The notes beneath the pieces were generated by a model. That model was not told where the DNA came from. It did not search any database and saw only the letters and a list, made by a program, of their open reading frames with translations. From IMG/VR virus record IMGVR_UViG_3300043775_001647: a stretch of DNA of 64,000 nucleotides. One strand, 5' to 3'. Both the position numbers and the translations under genes were made by a program. This document shows positions 26,159 to 36,218 of this stretch, piece after piece. This DNA comes from an uncultured virus (IMG/VR IMGVR_UViG_3300043775_001647) (taxonomy: Duplodnaviria; Heunggongvirae; Uroviricota; Caudoviricetes). Each line of letters begins with the position of its first letter. Positions within the stretch are counted from its first letter, which is position 1.

Positions 26159-26850
26159 ACTAAGCTCCAATCTGTTAGAGGTGATAGCCAAGCTGTCTCT
26201 CCATGAGTTGCATACCCGGGAATAGAGCTTATTAATAACTCTCCCTGCTCTCTCAAATCTAAGAACATTTTAAAGTCCTCAGGATAGCTTCCTTGAGTAT
26301 ACTTACGGAGAGTTTCTTCTGTTCTCTTTAATGTTGAGACTGTAGCTGCAAAGGTCATAGTAGTTGAGTTTGTTATCTTCCAATGAGTTGATTCCGTTAA
26401 GTATACTCGAGTATCTTCTGCTCCTCCTTCACAGTAGGGATTCCCTCCTCGGGATGGCGGTAGATACTTATCAGGATGATCATATAAAGATATGAACGAA
26501 GCTCCTAATTGCAAACCTTCTTTAATAATTTTATCTGAGTTTGGTTTATGTAAGTAATCATTCTCTAGGAAGTAAACAACTTCTTCATCCGGTAATTGCA
26601 GCGCTTCATCTAAAGCCAAGTTAAAGGTACCTGCTCCATGACCGACAGAAATATACTCAATAAAGTTTCTAGGGCTATGCTTTTGAATCATATCGTTAGT
26701 CTCTTCTGAGATATTATCTGCAAGGATAGTCCAGTCGTTATCAAACCAAGGGAAGGTCTGGATAGCATTCTTCAGACAGGCCTCATTGTTTATGTAAACT
26801 GGTTTTACTTTGCTATAACCTGAATCGGATATTCTATAGATTATTTTCAT
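26155..26850 (-). CDS. GT-A-fold glycosyltransferase-like protein
   Basis: ILADN, VYFLENDYLH. Confidence 0.65.
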   Translation of the reverse strand: MKIIYRISDSGYSKVKPVYINNEACLKNAIQTFPWFDNDWTILADNISEETNDMIQKHSPRNFIEYISVGHGAGTFNLALDEALQLPDEEVVYFLENDYLHKPNSDKIIKEGLQLGASFISLYDHPDKYLPPSRGGNPYCEGGAEDTRVYLTESTHWKITNSTTMTFAATVSTLKRTEETLRKYTQGSYPEDFKMFLDLREQGELLISSIPGYATHGETAWLSPLTDWSLV

Positions 26851-26853
26851 ATA

Positions 26854-27744
26854 CTATGATAGCAAATTTATTATATGATTTGCAACTTCTTTATCGGCTA
26901 AGTAGGCATCTAGTACCGTATGAGGATCTCCAAAATATTCTCTAGGACCTAAACGAGGCTGTTTAATCTGCTTTAACACTCCATTCCAACCGTAAAGCTG
27001 TAAATTAAAGTCGCCTGTAATTACAGTCTTAGTCCCTACTCCTGCAGCAATTGTAGCTAATCCTCCATCAGTTCCGATAAATGCAACACAATGCTTCATT
27101 ATAGAAGCTTCAAACAAAAGTGATTTTTGATCATCATCTGGCAAATATAAAGTCTGTTGCTGGTTGGCATCTCCAACACCGATTGGGTATAAAGTAAAAT
27201 GCTCCTGCAGTTCGTTTACTATGTATTGAATGTCTCTATGTGCTCCTCCGTAACCTAGGTTTGGAACATCTACACCTGCTTCATACTGCTCAGGAGTAAA
27301 TAGGTAAGTCTTTGGTTGCCAATTAGTCATAAAAGCAAGAACTGGTTTGTTACCTGTCTGTCTTAATTCAACAACAACATCTCTAGCAATAGCATCATAT
27401 TCCGGAGTGGTGTAAACTACATACCCGGAGGATAATTCTTCAAAGCCGGCTTGCTGTTGGTATTGTTCGCAAGGAGTAATTTGATAGTCTAAAGCTCCTA
27501 ACTCAATAACCTTGCTGTAATTATTCCCAGTACAGGGATGATAAGGTTTAGGGCCTGGTATTTGTGATATAAAGACCCTATCTATAAATGGATTGTTCTC
27601 AACTAATTGAGCTACTTGTGGAAAGCCGATTAAGTAATCTACTTGAGAATAACCTTCTCCTTTTAGCTTTTCAGCTAAGGATGTTGCGAAGATAATATCT
27701 CCAAAGAAGCCAAAAGTTACTACTAAACAATTAGTATTGCTCAT
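26854..27744 (-). CDS. GT9 (heptosyltransferase-like) glycosyltransferase
   Basis: FGDIIFATSL, NNPFID, FIGTDGGLATIAAGVG. Confidence 0.8.
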   Translation of the reverse strand: MSNTNCLVVTFGFFGDIIFATSLAEKLKGEGYSQVDYLIGFPQVAQLVENNPFIDRVFISQIPGPKPYHPCTGNNYSKVIELGALDYQITPCEQYQQQAGFEELSSGYVVYTTPEYDAIARDVVVELRQTGNKPVLAFMTNWQPKTYLFTPEQYEAGVDVPNLGYGGAHRDIQYIVNELQEHFTLYPIGVGDANQQQTLYLPDDDQKSLLFEASIMKHCVAFIGTDGGLATIAAGVGTKTVITGDFNLQLYGWNGVLKQIKQPRLGPREYFGDPHTVLDAYLADKEVANHIINLLS

Positions 27745-28108
27745 AGGATTTTTCTTCCACAAATAATGAACCTGTCAGTAGGTTAATTTCTTTTTTAACT
27801 TCTGCTCTCTTGTCGTTAGTAACATAAATTTGTCTAGCATAATGAATAAACTCTTCATCAAAGACTTTATTCTTCTCTTTCATTCGAATATCATCCTCTA
27901 GATCCCAAAGTGTTTCGTTAACTGTTTTCACTTTTTCGTATAGGATACGAACCTGCTCATCTTCTAAAAGGCTAGCTCCTATATTAGTTAATTCTGTATA
28001 CTCTGTATGTATGTTCTTCAGTTTACTTTCGTCTGAAATCCGTTCTAATTTAATTTGCAGTATGCTAATTTTATCTAGCAACTCTCCGTCTGATATTTCT
28101 ACTTTCAT
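27731..28108 (-). CDS. DUF6165-like protein
   Basis: VEISDGELLDKISILQIK...NDKRAEVKKEIN...EEKSY. Confidence 0.75.
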   Translation of the reverse strand: MKVEISDGELLDKISILQIKLERISDESKLKNIHTEYTELTNIGASLLEDEQVRILYEKVKTVNETLWDLEDDIRMKEKNKVFDEEFIHYARQIYVTNDKRAEVKKEINLLTGSLFVEEKSYEQY

Positions 28109-28833
28109 AAATTTATTTTGTAGTTGTTTGATTTAATCCATTTTACATTCTCTAATCCTATTGGTATTTCCTCTAAAGTATATTCAATATTATCATAACC
28201 AACATGCCTATATTCATAAGCTTTTTGGTATAGCATCTTTCCTTCGTAGAAGTCTCTTTGATCCTGTTCTGGTTTCAAATGCATTGCTCCATTATCATCA
28301 TGGTACAAACAGAAATAAGTACCTTCAGACTGTCTCACTACAGGAATACTAGCCCATCTTAGTCTCTCTCTTAAGTCTTCATCTTCGTTACCCCACCCTT
28401 TATATAGAGGATTTAAACCGTTAATAACCTCAAACTGCTCTCTTGACATCATTACAACCCCGCCGTAAAAATTAGGATCGATTGCTTGAGAGAAGCTTCT
28501 GTAACCGCCTGGAATGTCATGCTCAGGCCTTAAGCTTGCGTTGTCCTTATCAAGGAAGAATGCTTTTGCTCCCATTAGAGTAACAGTTCCGGTAAAAGTA
28601 TAATCTAAATCGTCAGCTGGATAATAATCAACCTGATGTAGAATAATAACATCCCCGGTTGCTTCTTTGAAGCCAATATTATTTACAATAGCAATCTGGA
28701 AATTATCTTCGTTACCTTGTTCGGAGATTATAATTTCATATTCTTTATCTGCAAACTTATCTTGCAGTCTTGGTAGCAATACCTCCAGATGCTCTTCCCT
28801 ATTCCGGTAAGGTATAATAATTGAGTATTTCAT
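28105..28833 (-). CDS. GT7 galactosyltransferase-like glycosyltransferase
   Basis: IIIPYRNREEHL, YGGV, INGL...GWGNEDEDL. Confidence 0.88.
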   Translation of the reverse strand: MKYSIIIPYRNREEHLEVLLPRLQDKFADKEYEIIISEQGNEDNFQIAIVNNIGFKEATGDVIILHQVDYYPADDLDYTFTGTVTLMGAKAFFLDKDNASLRPEHDIPGGYRSFSQAIDPNFYGGVVMMSREQFEVINGLNPLYKGWGNEDEDLRERLRWASIPVVRQSEGTYFCLYHDDNGAMHLKPEQDQRDFYEGKMLYQKAYEYRHVGYDNIEYTLEEIPIGLENVKWIKSNNYKINL

Positions 28834-29599
28834 CTCCGAATCTATCATATTGGTGAATAACTGTGTAGTCTTTTAAAGTATTCAAATCAAACTTAACCAC
28901 TCCTTCTTTAATAACATGTAGATGAACTGCAAATTTATCTTCTAGACTTGTGAAGGTTGTTTTATGTTTGTAAGAATTTCTTGTAAGATAATTAAAAGAA
29001 GTCTGATCGGCAACTTTAAATTTACCACAAGACATTAGGAAGATATCTTTACATAGAGCTTTAACATCCTCTGCTCCGCCTCCAAATACTCCAACATTAA
29101 GAACTTCCTCTTCTGCTAATTCAGATCCTAGGAAGCCTAAGTTAACATAAAGATGTTCTAAGTTCCATCTGTGATCTTCATACTTAATAACCTCCCCGGT
29201 TGCAATGATGCCTTCTAAAGGTACTCTTGAAAAAGGTGATTGAGTAAACACAACGTCCTTCACATCTGTTATGAATACTTTCTCATACTGCATATCATTA
29301 AGGAAGTTAGCAATGTGAAGGAACCGAATATTATGTACTAGGTTGTAAGAGCTTTCCGGGGTTACTCTTCCGGTGTCTGTCAAAAACTCATCCTGTATCG
29401 CTCCAAAGAAATTAACCTGTGGAAGGTAAACATCTACATTATTTTCAGCTAAGTATGATACTAAAGGTGAATTTGAATTTCCATTATATAAATACAAGAC
29501 TCTGTCTGTATCTTCGAACTTAGAAGTTTGCACCCAATTCTTAATATCAGCAACAGAATAGTTATTACTGATTGCTCCTATAAGTAAATTTTTATTCAT
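28799..29599 (-). CDS. GT-A-fold glycosyltransferase-like protein
   Basis: VFITDVKDVVF..SPF, LNVGVFGG, DQTSFN, HQYDR. Confidence 0.7.
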   Translation of the reverse strand: MNKNLLIGAISNNYSVADIKNWVQTSKFEDTDRVLYLYNGNSNSPLVSYLAENNVDVYLPQVNFFGAIQDEFLTDTGRVTPESSYNLVHNIRFLHIANFLNDMQYEKVFITDVKDVVFTQSPFSRVPLEGIIATGEVIKYEDHRWNLEHLYVNLGFLGSELAEEEVLNVGVFGGGAEDVKALCKDIFLMSCGKFKVADQTSFNYLTRNSYKHKTTFTSLEDKFAVHLHVIKEGVVKFDLNTLKDYTVIHQYDRFGDEILNYYTLPE

Positions 29600-30413
29600 T
29601 AAAGTTAATATAATTAATTTCTGGGTTAACGAACCAACCGATATTGTCTGAATACTTCTCTTCACCTATCCAATGGTAAGCATCTCCGGTCATTGGTAAT
29701 TCAATAATTCGTTTCTTATCTAAAGCGGAAGCAATTGAGGATGGTCCTGATAAGTTACCTACATAGAGTGCTGCTGAGTTAATTGCTGTAAACCAATTAT
29801 GCACATCCCCTATTTGGTAGAACTCACATTGATCTTTGAATGGGAATAAATCATAATCCTTCTGCTCAGTACCGATAAAGACAACCTGTCCCGGATAAGC
29901 TTCCATAATACTTTGGTAAGGGAATTCATTATTAATCCTTGAGTGACTGTACCTCCTGTTAATAATAACCTTATCGGTAAAGTATGGATCAATCTCATTG
30001 AACTGTATCCACTGATAAGGCTTTTTAATTTCAAAATCAAAAGTTAAGCTAAAGATTTCAGACCAGCAAGTCTTATAGAGGTGAGGAGATCTCATAAAAT
30101 GCTCTAGGTGCGTAAAGCCTTCCTCTACCAATTTAGGTTCGTAGACTTCAATAGGCCCACTAATAACATTTGGATTAGTAGGCACTATCTTAAAGTCCTC
30201 AAGCATCTGAAAGGAATTAACAAATGGTTGGTTCATTACCAAGTCGCGAAGTTCCTTGTATGCTGTATCAGTTCCTAATTCGAACCCTCCTTCAACATGG
30301 TAGAGGTAAATATCTGCCATTGTATTATTCTTCTCACATAGATGCTTCATACCGAACATCATATGCATAAAGTCACCAAGCTTACCGCAGATAGTAAAGT
30401 TCTCAGTTCTCAT
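29592..30413 (-). CDS. GT-B/GT9-like glycosyltransferase
   Basis: GKLGDF, VFIG, YVGNLSGPSSIA. Confidence 0.6.
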   Translation of the reverse strand: MRTENFTICGKLGDFMHMMFGMKHLCEKNNTMADIYLYHVEGGFELGTDTAYKELRDLVMNQPFVNSFQMLEDFKIVPTNPNVISGPIEVYEPKLVEEGFTHLEHFMRSPHLYKTCWSEIFSLTFDFEIKKPYQWIQFNEIDPYFTDKVIINRRYSHSRINNEFPYQSIMEAYPGQVVFIGTEQKDYDLFPFKDQCEFYQIGDVHNWFTAINSAALYVGNLSGPSSIASALDKKRIIELPMTGDAYHWIGEEKYSDNIGWFVNPEINYINFNE

Positions 30414-31042
30414 TAAATTCTCTTCTTGAAGCAAGCTGTTAAGATGTTTGGTGACAATGCTTTATCAACTCGAACCTTATCTTCAACATTGCAGTAATTA
30501 ATCATATCGAACCCTTGCCTGTTCATAAAAGCTTCTAAACTCTTTTCTGTGAAATGGTACAAGTGTTCATCAGGCTTTCTATGCTTCCAGGTTTCAAACC
30601 AAGCATCATCTAAGCCATTAACGCACCAAGGTAAGCTGATAACAGCATACTTACATTGAAGGTTCTTAACGAACTCAATATCGCCAAAATGTTCTAAGCT
30701 ATCAAAGAATGTAATAACGTCAGCGTACTGGTTAGTAATATCATCAACGAAGTTAATTCCCGGGTTCAAAGGATAGGCTGGCTGTATATCGTTACCGTAA
30801 AGCTCTCCAATAAATCCTCGGCAAGATTCTAAAAAGTCTCCATTACCGTATCCAACATCCATAAGCGATTTAGGGACCTCTCCAGTTGCGCCAATAATAT
30901 AACCCAATCTCAAATTCAAAATGTTTCCTCTGTCATTGAAGTGAGAGTATCTACTATCTGAATAATCAATGTCGTAGTTGTAAGGCTTACATTCGATTTG
31001 CTTAATAACACCGTCCTGTGTTAATTCGTAGTTGTTTAACAT
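30413..31042 (-). CDS. Class I SAM-dependent methyltransferase
   Basis: LMDVGYGNG, ITFFDSLEH, EHLYHF. Confidence 0.88.
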   Translation of the reverse strand: MLNNYELTQDGVIKQIECKPYNYDIDYSDSRYSHFNDRGNILNLRLGYIIGATGEVPKSLMDVGYGNGDFLESCRGFIGELYGNDIQPAYPLNPGINFVDDITNQYADVITFFDSLEHFGDIEFVKNLQCKYAVISLPWCVNGLDDAWFETWKHRKPDEHLYHFTEKSLEAFMNRQGFDMINYCNVEDKVRVDKALSPNILTACFKKRI

Positions 31043-31085
31043 AATATTATAATATAAGGATTAGTTTAGTAAATAGCAATTTATC

Positions 31086-31913
31086 TTAAGAAAAATCTAC
31101 ATCTGTTGCCCAGTAAGCATGACCGCCTCTTTCTGTCTCCATTACATCGTAGTGGTATTGTTGCATTCCATTTTTAGGCCACTGCATTTGTATTTTTGGA
31201 AAAAGTAGGAACAGTTCTTCCATCACTTCCTGACTTGTGTTTAAAGCTTCTGATACTTTCGGTGCTTTATCTTTTAAGTATGTATCAGCATCTGTAAGGT
31301 GCTTAGCTGCCTCTTTGTTATATTTAGCAACGTAAGGAATGGTTAGGTAAACTTCTGACCTTGTATAAAGCTCTTCGTAAGGCCTACTTAACGCTGCTTC
31401 ATCATGCCAAGACATATCATACTCAATTCCAAATAAGGTAAGTAGGTCTTCTTTTCTGCCCCAGAATATATGATCAATCGGATGGTAAGGATAATCTTTA
31501 CACATAGCCATAATACCGATTTTAGCTAATGGTTTAGTTTCTTCTCTAAAATACTCTGAGTTGATTTCATTTTTGCTGAAGTAGTAATCATAAAGCTTCA
31601 ACATGCTCTCCAAAGAAACTATTTGATCTCCTCTCATCTTTATTACATACTCAGCAGCGGTTGCTTTAATACCTTCGTAAGAGGACTTAACTAATCGGTT
31701 TCTATTCCAGCTTCCAGGAAATTCTACATCCTTACTCTTCAATACATAGATCTTTGGATTTTCCCAATCAATCATAGTATCGTCAATATCAGGGCAAGTC
31801 TCCCAGCAGGATATTACTACAGCATTTACAAAAGGTAATTTTGTATAGTGATCAGCAATACGAGCAGTGTATGGCTGCAAAGGTCCTTGCAGAACAATAT
31901 CTATAGGTATCAT
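31086..31913 (-). CDS. WavE-like protein
   Basis: IVLQGP, VVISCW, N.NR..KSS..G, IKMRGD, DHIFWG. Confidence 0.75.
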   Translation of the reverse strand: MIPIDIVLQGPLQPYTARIADHYTKLPFVNAVVISCWETCPDIDDTMIDWENPKIYVLKSKDVEFPGSWNRNRLVKSSYEGIKATAAEYVIKMRGDQIVSLESMLKLYDYYFSKNEINSEYFREETKPLAKIGIMAMCKDYPYHPIDHIFWGRKEDLLTLFGIEYDMSWHDEAALSRPYEELYTRSEVYLTIPYVAKYNKEAAKHLTDADTYLKDKAPKVSEALNTSQEVMEELFLLFPKIQMQWPKNGMQQYHYDVMETERGGHAYWATDVDFS

Positions 31914-32368
31914 AACAGAGTTTCTACTTCATGTAAATAATCCGAACATACTCCATAAACATCTTGAGCTATATAACCATACTCGTTAATGCTTTGAAGA
32001 TCTAGCAAAGGGATAATTGATTTACTATTAGCAGATTCTAAGTCATGAGACCAGATCAGATTAGTATTGTTAATAATAGTTTGCCTTTCCTGTTCGTGGA
32101 AAAAGATTCTTAGACCTGTCTCGATTAGGAAATCCAGACTCTCAAAATCTTTTGTATGCACCCACAGCTTATCTTTTCTTTCCAGTAGCCAGCTCAACTC
32201 AACTCGATATTGCGGATGGTCGTGACCTAGATACAGTTGACCTTCTTTCATTCGAACATCAATCTCAACATCGTATCCTAAAGTAATAGTATCCTGAATG
32301 TAGCTAGGTCGGTTCTCGGAGTCCGGTATCCTGCCGGTAATGTTTCCTCTATGTGAAATTAAAATCAT
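31910..32368 (-). CDS. Truncated GDPD-like phosphodiesterase-fold protein
   Basis: LISHRGN, ENRP, YDVEIDV, LGHD, GVCSD. Confidence 0.8.
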   Translation of the reverse strand: MILISHRGNITGRIPDSENRPSYIQDTITLGYDVEIDVRMKEGQLYLGHDHPQYRVELSWLLERKDKLWVHTKDFESLDFLIETGLRIFFHEQERQTIINNTNLIWSHDLESANSKSIIPLLDLQSINEYGYIAQDVYGVCSDYLHEVETLL

Positions 32369-32715
32369 AATTCTTCTATTCTTTTTGCTTTATCGTCAAC
32401 AACTAAATCATAAAGAGGTTTTTTATCTCCAACCTCTAGGTTGTGGAACTTTGCTCCCCATTCCTTTAATTGCTTTAAAGTTAATGCTCGGTATTCTTCC
32501 ATACGCTCTTTGTTGGTAGGATCAGAACTTCCTCTAGCTGTCCAATAAGTAATAATCCAACCTTCATTATAAAGCTTGTTTATCTTCTGAATGTTTTCCC
32601 GGCTTGGTGTAGCTAATTCATAGACTCTATCTCCTTCATAGAAGCAAATCGTCTCATCTATATCAACAAAAGCTATAGGGTAAGCATTGTTTTTATTGTG
32701 TATCTCCTTGTTCAT
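32365..32715 (-). CDS. Small HAD-family phosphatase
   Basis: VDIDETI, WTARG, KP..D..VDDK. Confidence 0.85.
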   Translation of the reverse strand: MNKEIHNKNNAYPIAFVDIDETICFYEGDRVYELATPSRENIQKINKLYNEGWIITYWTARGSSDPTNKERMEEYRALTLKQLKEWGAKFHNLEVGDKKPLYDLVVDDKAKRIEEL

Positions 32716-33523
32716 TATATTCCTTCCAGTACCTATAAGTTCTAATTAAATCCTCTTCGCTTCTAACTTGTAGACCTCTTAAGATTGTTTGCCATGCTTC
32801 AAAGTTCTCAACCTCTTCTGGAGTGCCGAACACTGTAACGAAGTCGGTAGGGTAGCAAGTCACTTTCAAATTATCCTGAATCAATAAATTATAAACTAAC
32901 GTAACGTAATATTCTCCGTTGTAGTTTATATCTAAGTCCATGAGTTGTTGGAAATACTTCTTAATATAAAATCCTTTCTTAAAGTAGTAAGTCCCGGTAG
33001 AGGCATGCTCCTGCATCGGATCTTCCGTATAAGGCTCTTTCTCTTTTATCTCAGAAACCGCTAAGTCACTTTCTTTCATATAAGCCATAAAGGTAGAGCT
33101 TAATCGGTGAGGATGAAATCCAACATGACTCAAAATACATCCATCACTTTCACTTTCCTTAATCCATTTTTTAAATTCTGCGTAGTTCCACAAGTAGGGA
33201 TTATCACAGTAGCAAACTATAACCTCTTCATTATCATCAATATAGCTCTCCATTCCTGTCATAGTGTATACCGGGCCTTTTTTGTGAGGAGGTACTCCAA
33301 CGATGGTAGCATCAGACCTAATATTAATTATAATTTCTCTCATGGAGGTTGTTGTTAGGTGATGGTGATTGCAGATAAAAATCAACTCATCTTCTTTATT
33401 AAACATACCGCAGATGTATTCAAGAATCCTTTTTCCGTTAACTGTAATAAGAGGTTTTGGATCTCTGTACCCTGCTTTTACAAACCGGTTACCAAATCCG
33501 GCCATTGGTATAATTACTTTCAT
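32693..33523 (-). CDS. Sugar-phosphate nucleotidyltransferase
   Basis: IIPMAGFGNRF...PKPLI, NGEYYV, FGTPEE. Confidence 0.88.
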   Translation of the reverse strand: MKVIIPMAGFGNRFVKAGYRDPKPLITVNGKRILEYICGMFNKEDELIFICNHHHLTTTSMREIIINIRSDATIVGVPPHKKGPVYTMTGMESYIDDNEEVIVCYCDNPYLWNYAEFKKWIKESESDGCILSHVGFHPHRLSSTFMAYMKESDLAVSEIKEKEPYTEDPMQEHASTGTYYFKKGFYIKKYFQQLMDLDINYNGEYYVTLVYNLLIQDNLKVTCYPTDFVTVFGTPEEVENFEAWQTILRGLQVRSEEDLIRTYRYWKEYNEQGDTQ

Positions 33524-34992
33524 AAACTCTTTCTGTATTTTTCTGATTCTAAACTTAAAAGCTCAAACATATCATCACTGAATAATGTATGTCTGGACTG
33601 TAGTGTTTCTGTAATGTAGTGAATATAGTTGTTGAAGGCAAGTACTTCCAGGCTTTGTTTTTTATCTGAGAAGATTACTGCGTCAGGGAAGTAATAATGC
33701 TCACTCTTCTTCTCTTTAGCAAAAGCTAATGTAAATGTTATAAAGCTTAATATCTGGTTCTGCAAATACTTCTGTGCTTTGTATGTAATATCTTTCACCA
33801 AAGTTAACGCTTCTTCCTTTGAATCTGAACTTATTATCAATCCGTGGTTCTGTAAGAAGGTAATGCTTGGTTTGTCTTTCAATCGCTCTAAAGCTTTGAA
33901 TAGGGAATACCCAGGTGCTGTATAAGGAACATAGGTATATTCATAATCGTTATAAATTTCCTGAAGAACTTCTTTTACATTACCTAAGCAAAGAATAGCT
34001 GTCAGGTAAACAGGGTGCAGGTGGATAGTGTATTTGTTTAATAAAGCATGTAAGCCAACTTCCATCGAAGGTCTTTTACCTGTGTAGAATATATCAGATT
34101 CAAATAAAGCATCATACCTCTCAGAGGTTGAAATACCTTTCATCATAGCAGGTCGAACAATTGAGTAACCATTCACTCTACTCACATCTTTCATCTTAAA
34201 GCCAGAAGCTTTTATAAACATATGATCACCGGTCTTTATAGAGATATTTCCTCCTGTGTGTTGACATAGTAAGATATCAGCTCCAAGGTTATTAGAAAGT
34301 TCAATAAAGTCTTTTATGTCTGTGTTATAGTCTTTAACAAAAGTAAATAAGTATTCATTAGCAGGTTTTATAAACCGGTAACTTATTACTACATCAACTA
34401 CTTCATTCTTATCTCCAATGTTCCTAATTGGCTTTTCTGGTATCATATCAACAATAACATCCGCAATAGCAATTTGCCTTTCGTTTATTTTTATAGCATC
34501 AAGCTTCCTCCTATTGATTGCATCTATGACAGCACTGTACTTATAGCCCCTCTTTTCAGTATCTCTGATTATCTTCCAGTGAGTACGTAATGTTTCGTCT
34601 GTATTAATAAAGATTTTAAGATCAGTTAACTGCTGAGATTGTTCAGTATAGAATGCATGAAGGCCTTGATTGATAATTATTCTATTAGATTCAATCTTTT
34701 CAGGTGCTTTAAATGTTCCTGTACCGTGGTCGTAAGCAGAACGATAAATAGAATTACCTTCAGATAGTTCCTTTAAGTGAATATCTCCTAACTCTAAGTT
34801 ATTAGCTTCTGGGTTAAGGTGGGTAAAGATATCCCAATTCGGACTTGTCCTTTCCCACCTATGCAAATCATCTGTACTAAGAGTGATTGTATTTTCTTTT
34901 CCAAAAAACAATTGCACAATCCCGGTCATTGTAGATTTACCTACTCCAGATTCTCCAGCAATACCTATTATGTAAGGTTTTACTAAACTCAT
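33520..34992 (-). CDS. Phosphoribulokinase/uridine-kinase-like domain fused to a class II aldolase domain
   Basis: IGIAGESGVGKST, DDLHRWER, WKIIRD..RGY; then GGNISIK, KASG, RPSME..LH, HLH, LQNHGL. Confidence 0.85.
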   Translation of the reverse strand: MSLVKPYIIGIAGESGVGKSTMTGIVQLFFGKENTITLSTDDLHRWERTSPNWDIFTHLNPEANNLELGDIHLKELSEGNSIYRSAYDHGTGTFKAPEKIESNRIIINQGLHAFYTEQSQQLTDLKIFINTDETLRTHWKIIRDTEKRGYKYSAVIDAINRRKLDAIKINERQIAIADVIVDMIPEKPIRNIGDKNEVVDVVISYRFIKPANEYLFTFVKDYNTDIKDFIELSNNLGADILLCQHTGGNISIKTGDHMFIKASGFKMKDVSRVNGYSIVRPAMMKGISTSERYDALFESDIFYTGKRPSMEVGLHALLNKYTIHLHPVYLTAILCLGNVKEVLQEIYNDYEYTYVPYTAPGYSLFKALERLKDKPSITFLQNHGLIISSDSKEEALTLVKDITYKAQKYLQNQILSFITFTLAFAKEKKSEHYYFPDAVIFSDKKQSLEVLAFNNYIHYITETLQSRHTLFSDDMFELLSLESEKYRKSL

Positions 34993-36218
34993 TATTTACT
35001 GATGATCTCAAATTTAGGACAAGGTACAATAAATTTACCACCTTTATTTAAGAACTCTTGCTCTCTTGAAACAAACTCGCTAATAAAGTGCCAGGGAAGT
35101 ACTAATAAGTAATCAGGCTTAGCTGCTCTCATTTCATCTTCTGAGATGATTGGAATGTCTGTTCCGATTGTTTTCAATCCGAACTTATAAGGACTGCGTT
35201 CGGCAATAGCTGTAATCAAAGTGTGGTCTAATTCAAAGTACTGAAGCAGAGTGTTTCCTTTTGTTGATGCTCCATATCCGTAAATTGTTTTTCCTTTGGC
35301 TACTTCTCCTTTGATAAAGGAAACTGTTTCTTCTTTTAAAGCATCAATTTGATTTTGATACTCAGCCCATACCTCTGGAGATTCAATATTGATCTTCTCT
35401 TCTAAAGAAAGTATTGATTGAATTCGATAATTGCAAACATCTCTTAATGGTGAAGTTCCAAACGAAGTAACATCGGCATTATTCTTCTGTACGTAGATGC
35501 GGAAGCTTCCTCCGTTAACATCATTCAATTCACAATCAACAATCTTTAAGCTGTGGTTAGCAAAGAGATTCATAACTGTCTTCAGTGAATAGTAGTAGCG
35601 ATGCTCATGGCAAATATTGTCAAATGCAAGCTGTTGGATCATTAGTGGAGTATAACTCAACTGTAATACCCAAACACCATTATCATCTAGGATCTTTGTA
35701 ACATCGTGAACAAATGAATTCGGATCAGATAAGTCGTAAAACATTGCAATGGTTGTAATTACCTTTGCTTTCTTATCACCATGACCGGTCCTTTGGTAAG
35801 CATCATAAGAAAAATAATCCTGAATGACTGTTCCGTGTTTAGAAGATTCTTGGTAAAAGGAATCATCGCAAGGGTCGATACCTAGCTTAACAAACTCATT
35901 AGGAATCTGTTTAAGCATTGTGCCATCATTACAGGCAATATCTAACCACACATCCCCTTCCTTGTACTTCACCCGAGAGGTAATTTCGCTAACAATGTTC
36001 CCTAGCTCTTTAGTCATGGTAGCATTAATACCAGAACGGTACCAATACTTACCCCACATTGTTTCGTTGGGAGCATCTTCTACTAATCTAACAGCACCTG
36101 TACTTTCTTCTATCTGCAAATCCAGGCTGTATTTGTTTCTGCCTTCATAATCTGTTTCGTCTTTAATAAAATCTGAAACGTAGTGTGAGTTTAACTTTAA
36201 TACTGTATTTGTTTTCAT
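34992..36218 (-). CDS. NDP-sugar C-methyltransferase-like protein
   Basis: YWYRSG, LDIACNDG, FDNICHEH, YGASTKGNTLL, LVLPWHF. Confidence 0.88.
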   Translation of the reverse strand: MKTNTVLKLNSHYVSDFIKDETDYEGRNKYSLDLQIEESTGAVRLVEDAPNETMWGKYWYRSGINATMTKELGNIVSEITSRVKYKEGDVWLDIACNDGTMLKQIPNEFVKLGIDPCDDSFYQESSKHGTVIQDYFSYDAYQRTGHGDKKAKVITTIAMFYDLSDPNSFVHDVTKILDDNGVWVLQLSYTPLMIQQLAFDNICHEHRYYYSLKTVMNLFANHSLKIVDCELNDVNGGSFRIYVQKNNADVTSFGTSPLRDVCNYRIQSILSLEEKINIESPEVWAEYQNQIDALKEETVSFIKGEVAKGKTIYGYGASTKGNTLLQYFELDHTLITAIAERSPYKFGLKTIGTDIPIISEDEMRAAKPDYLLVLPWHFISEFVSREQEFLNKGGKFIVPCPKFEIISK

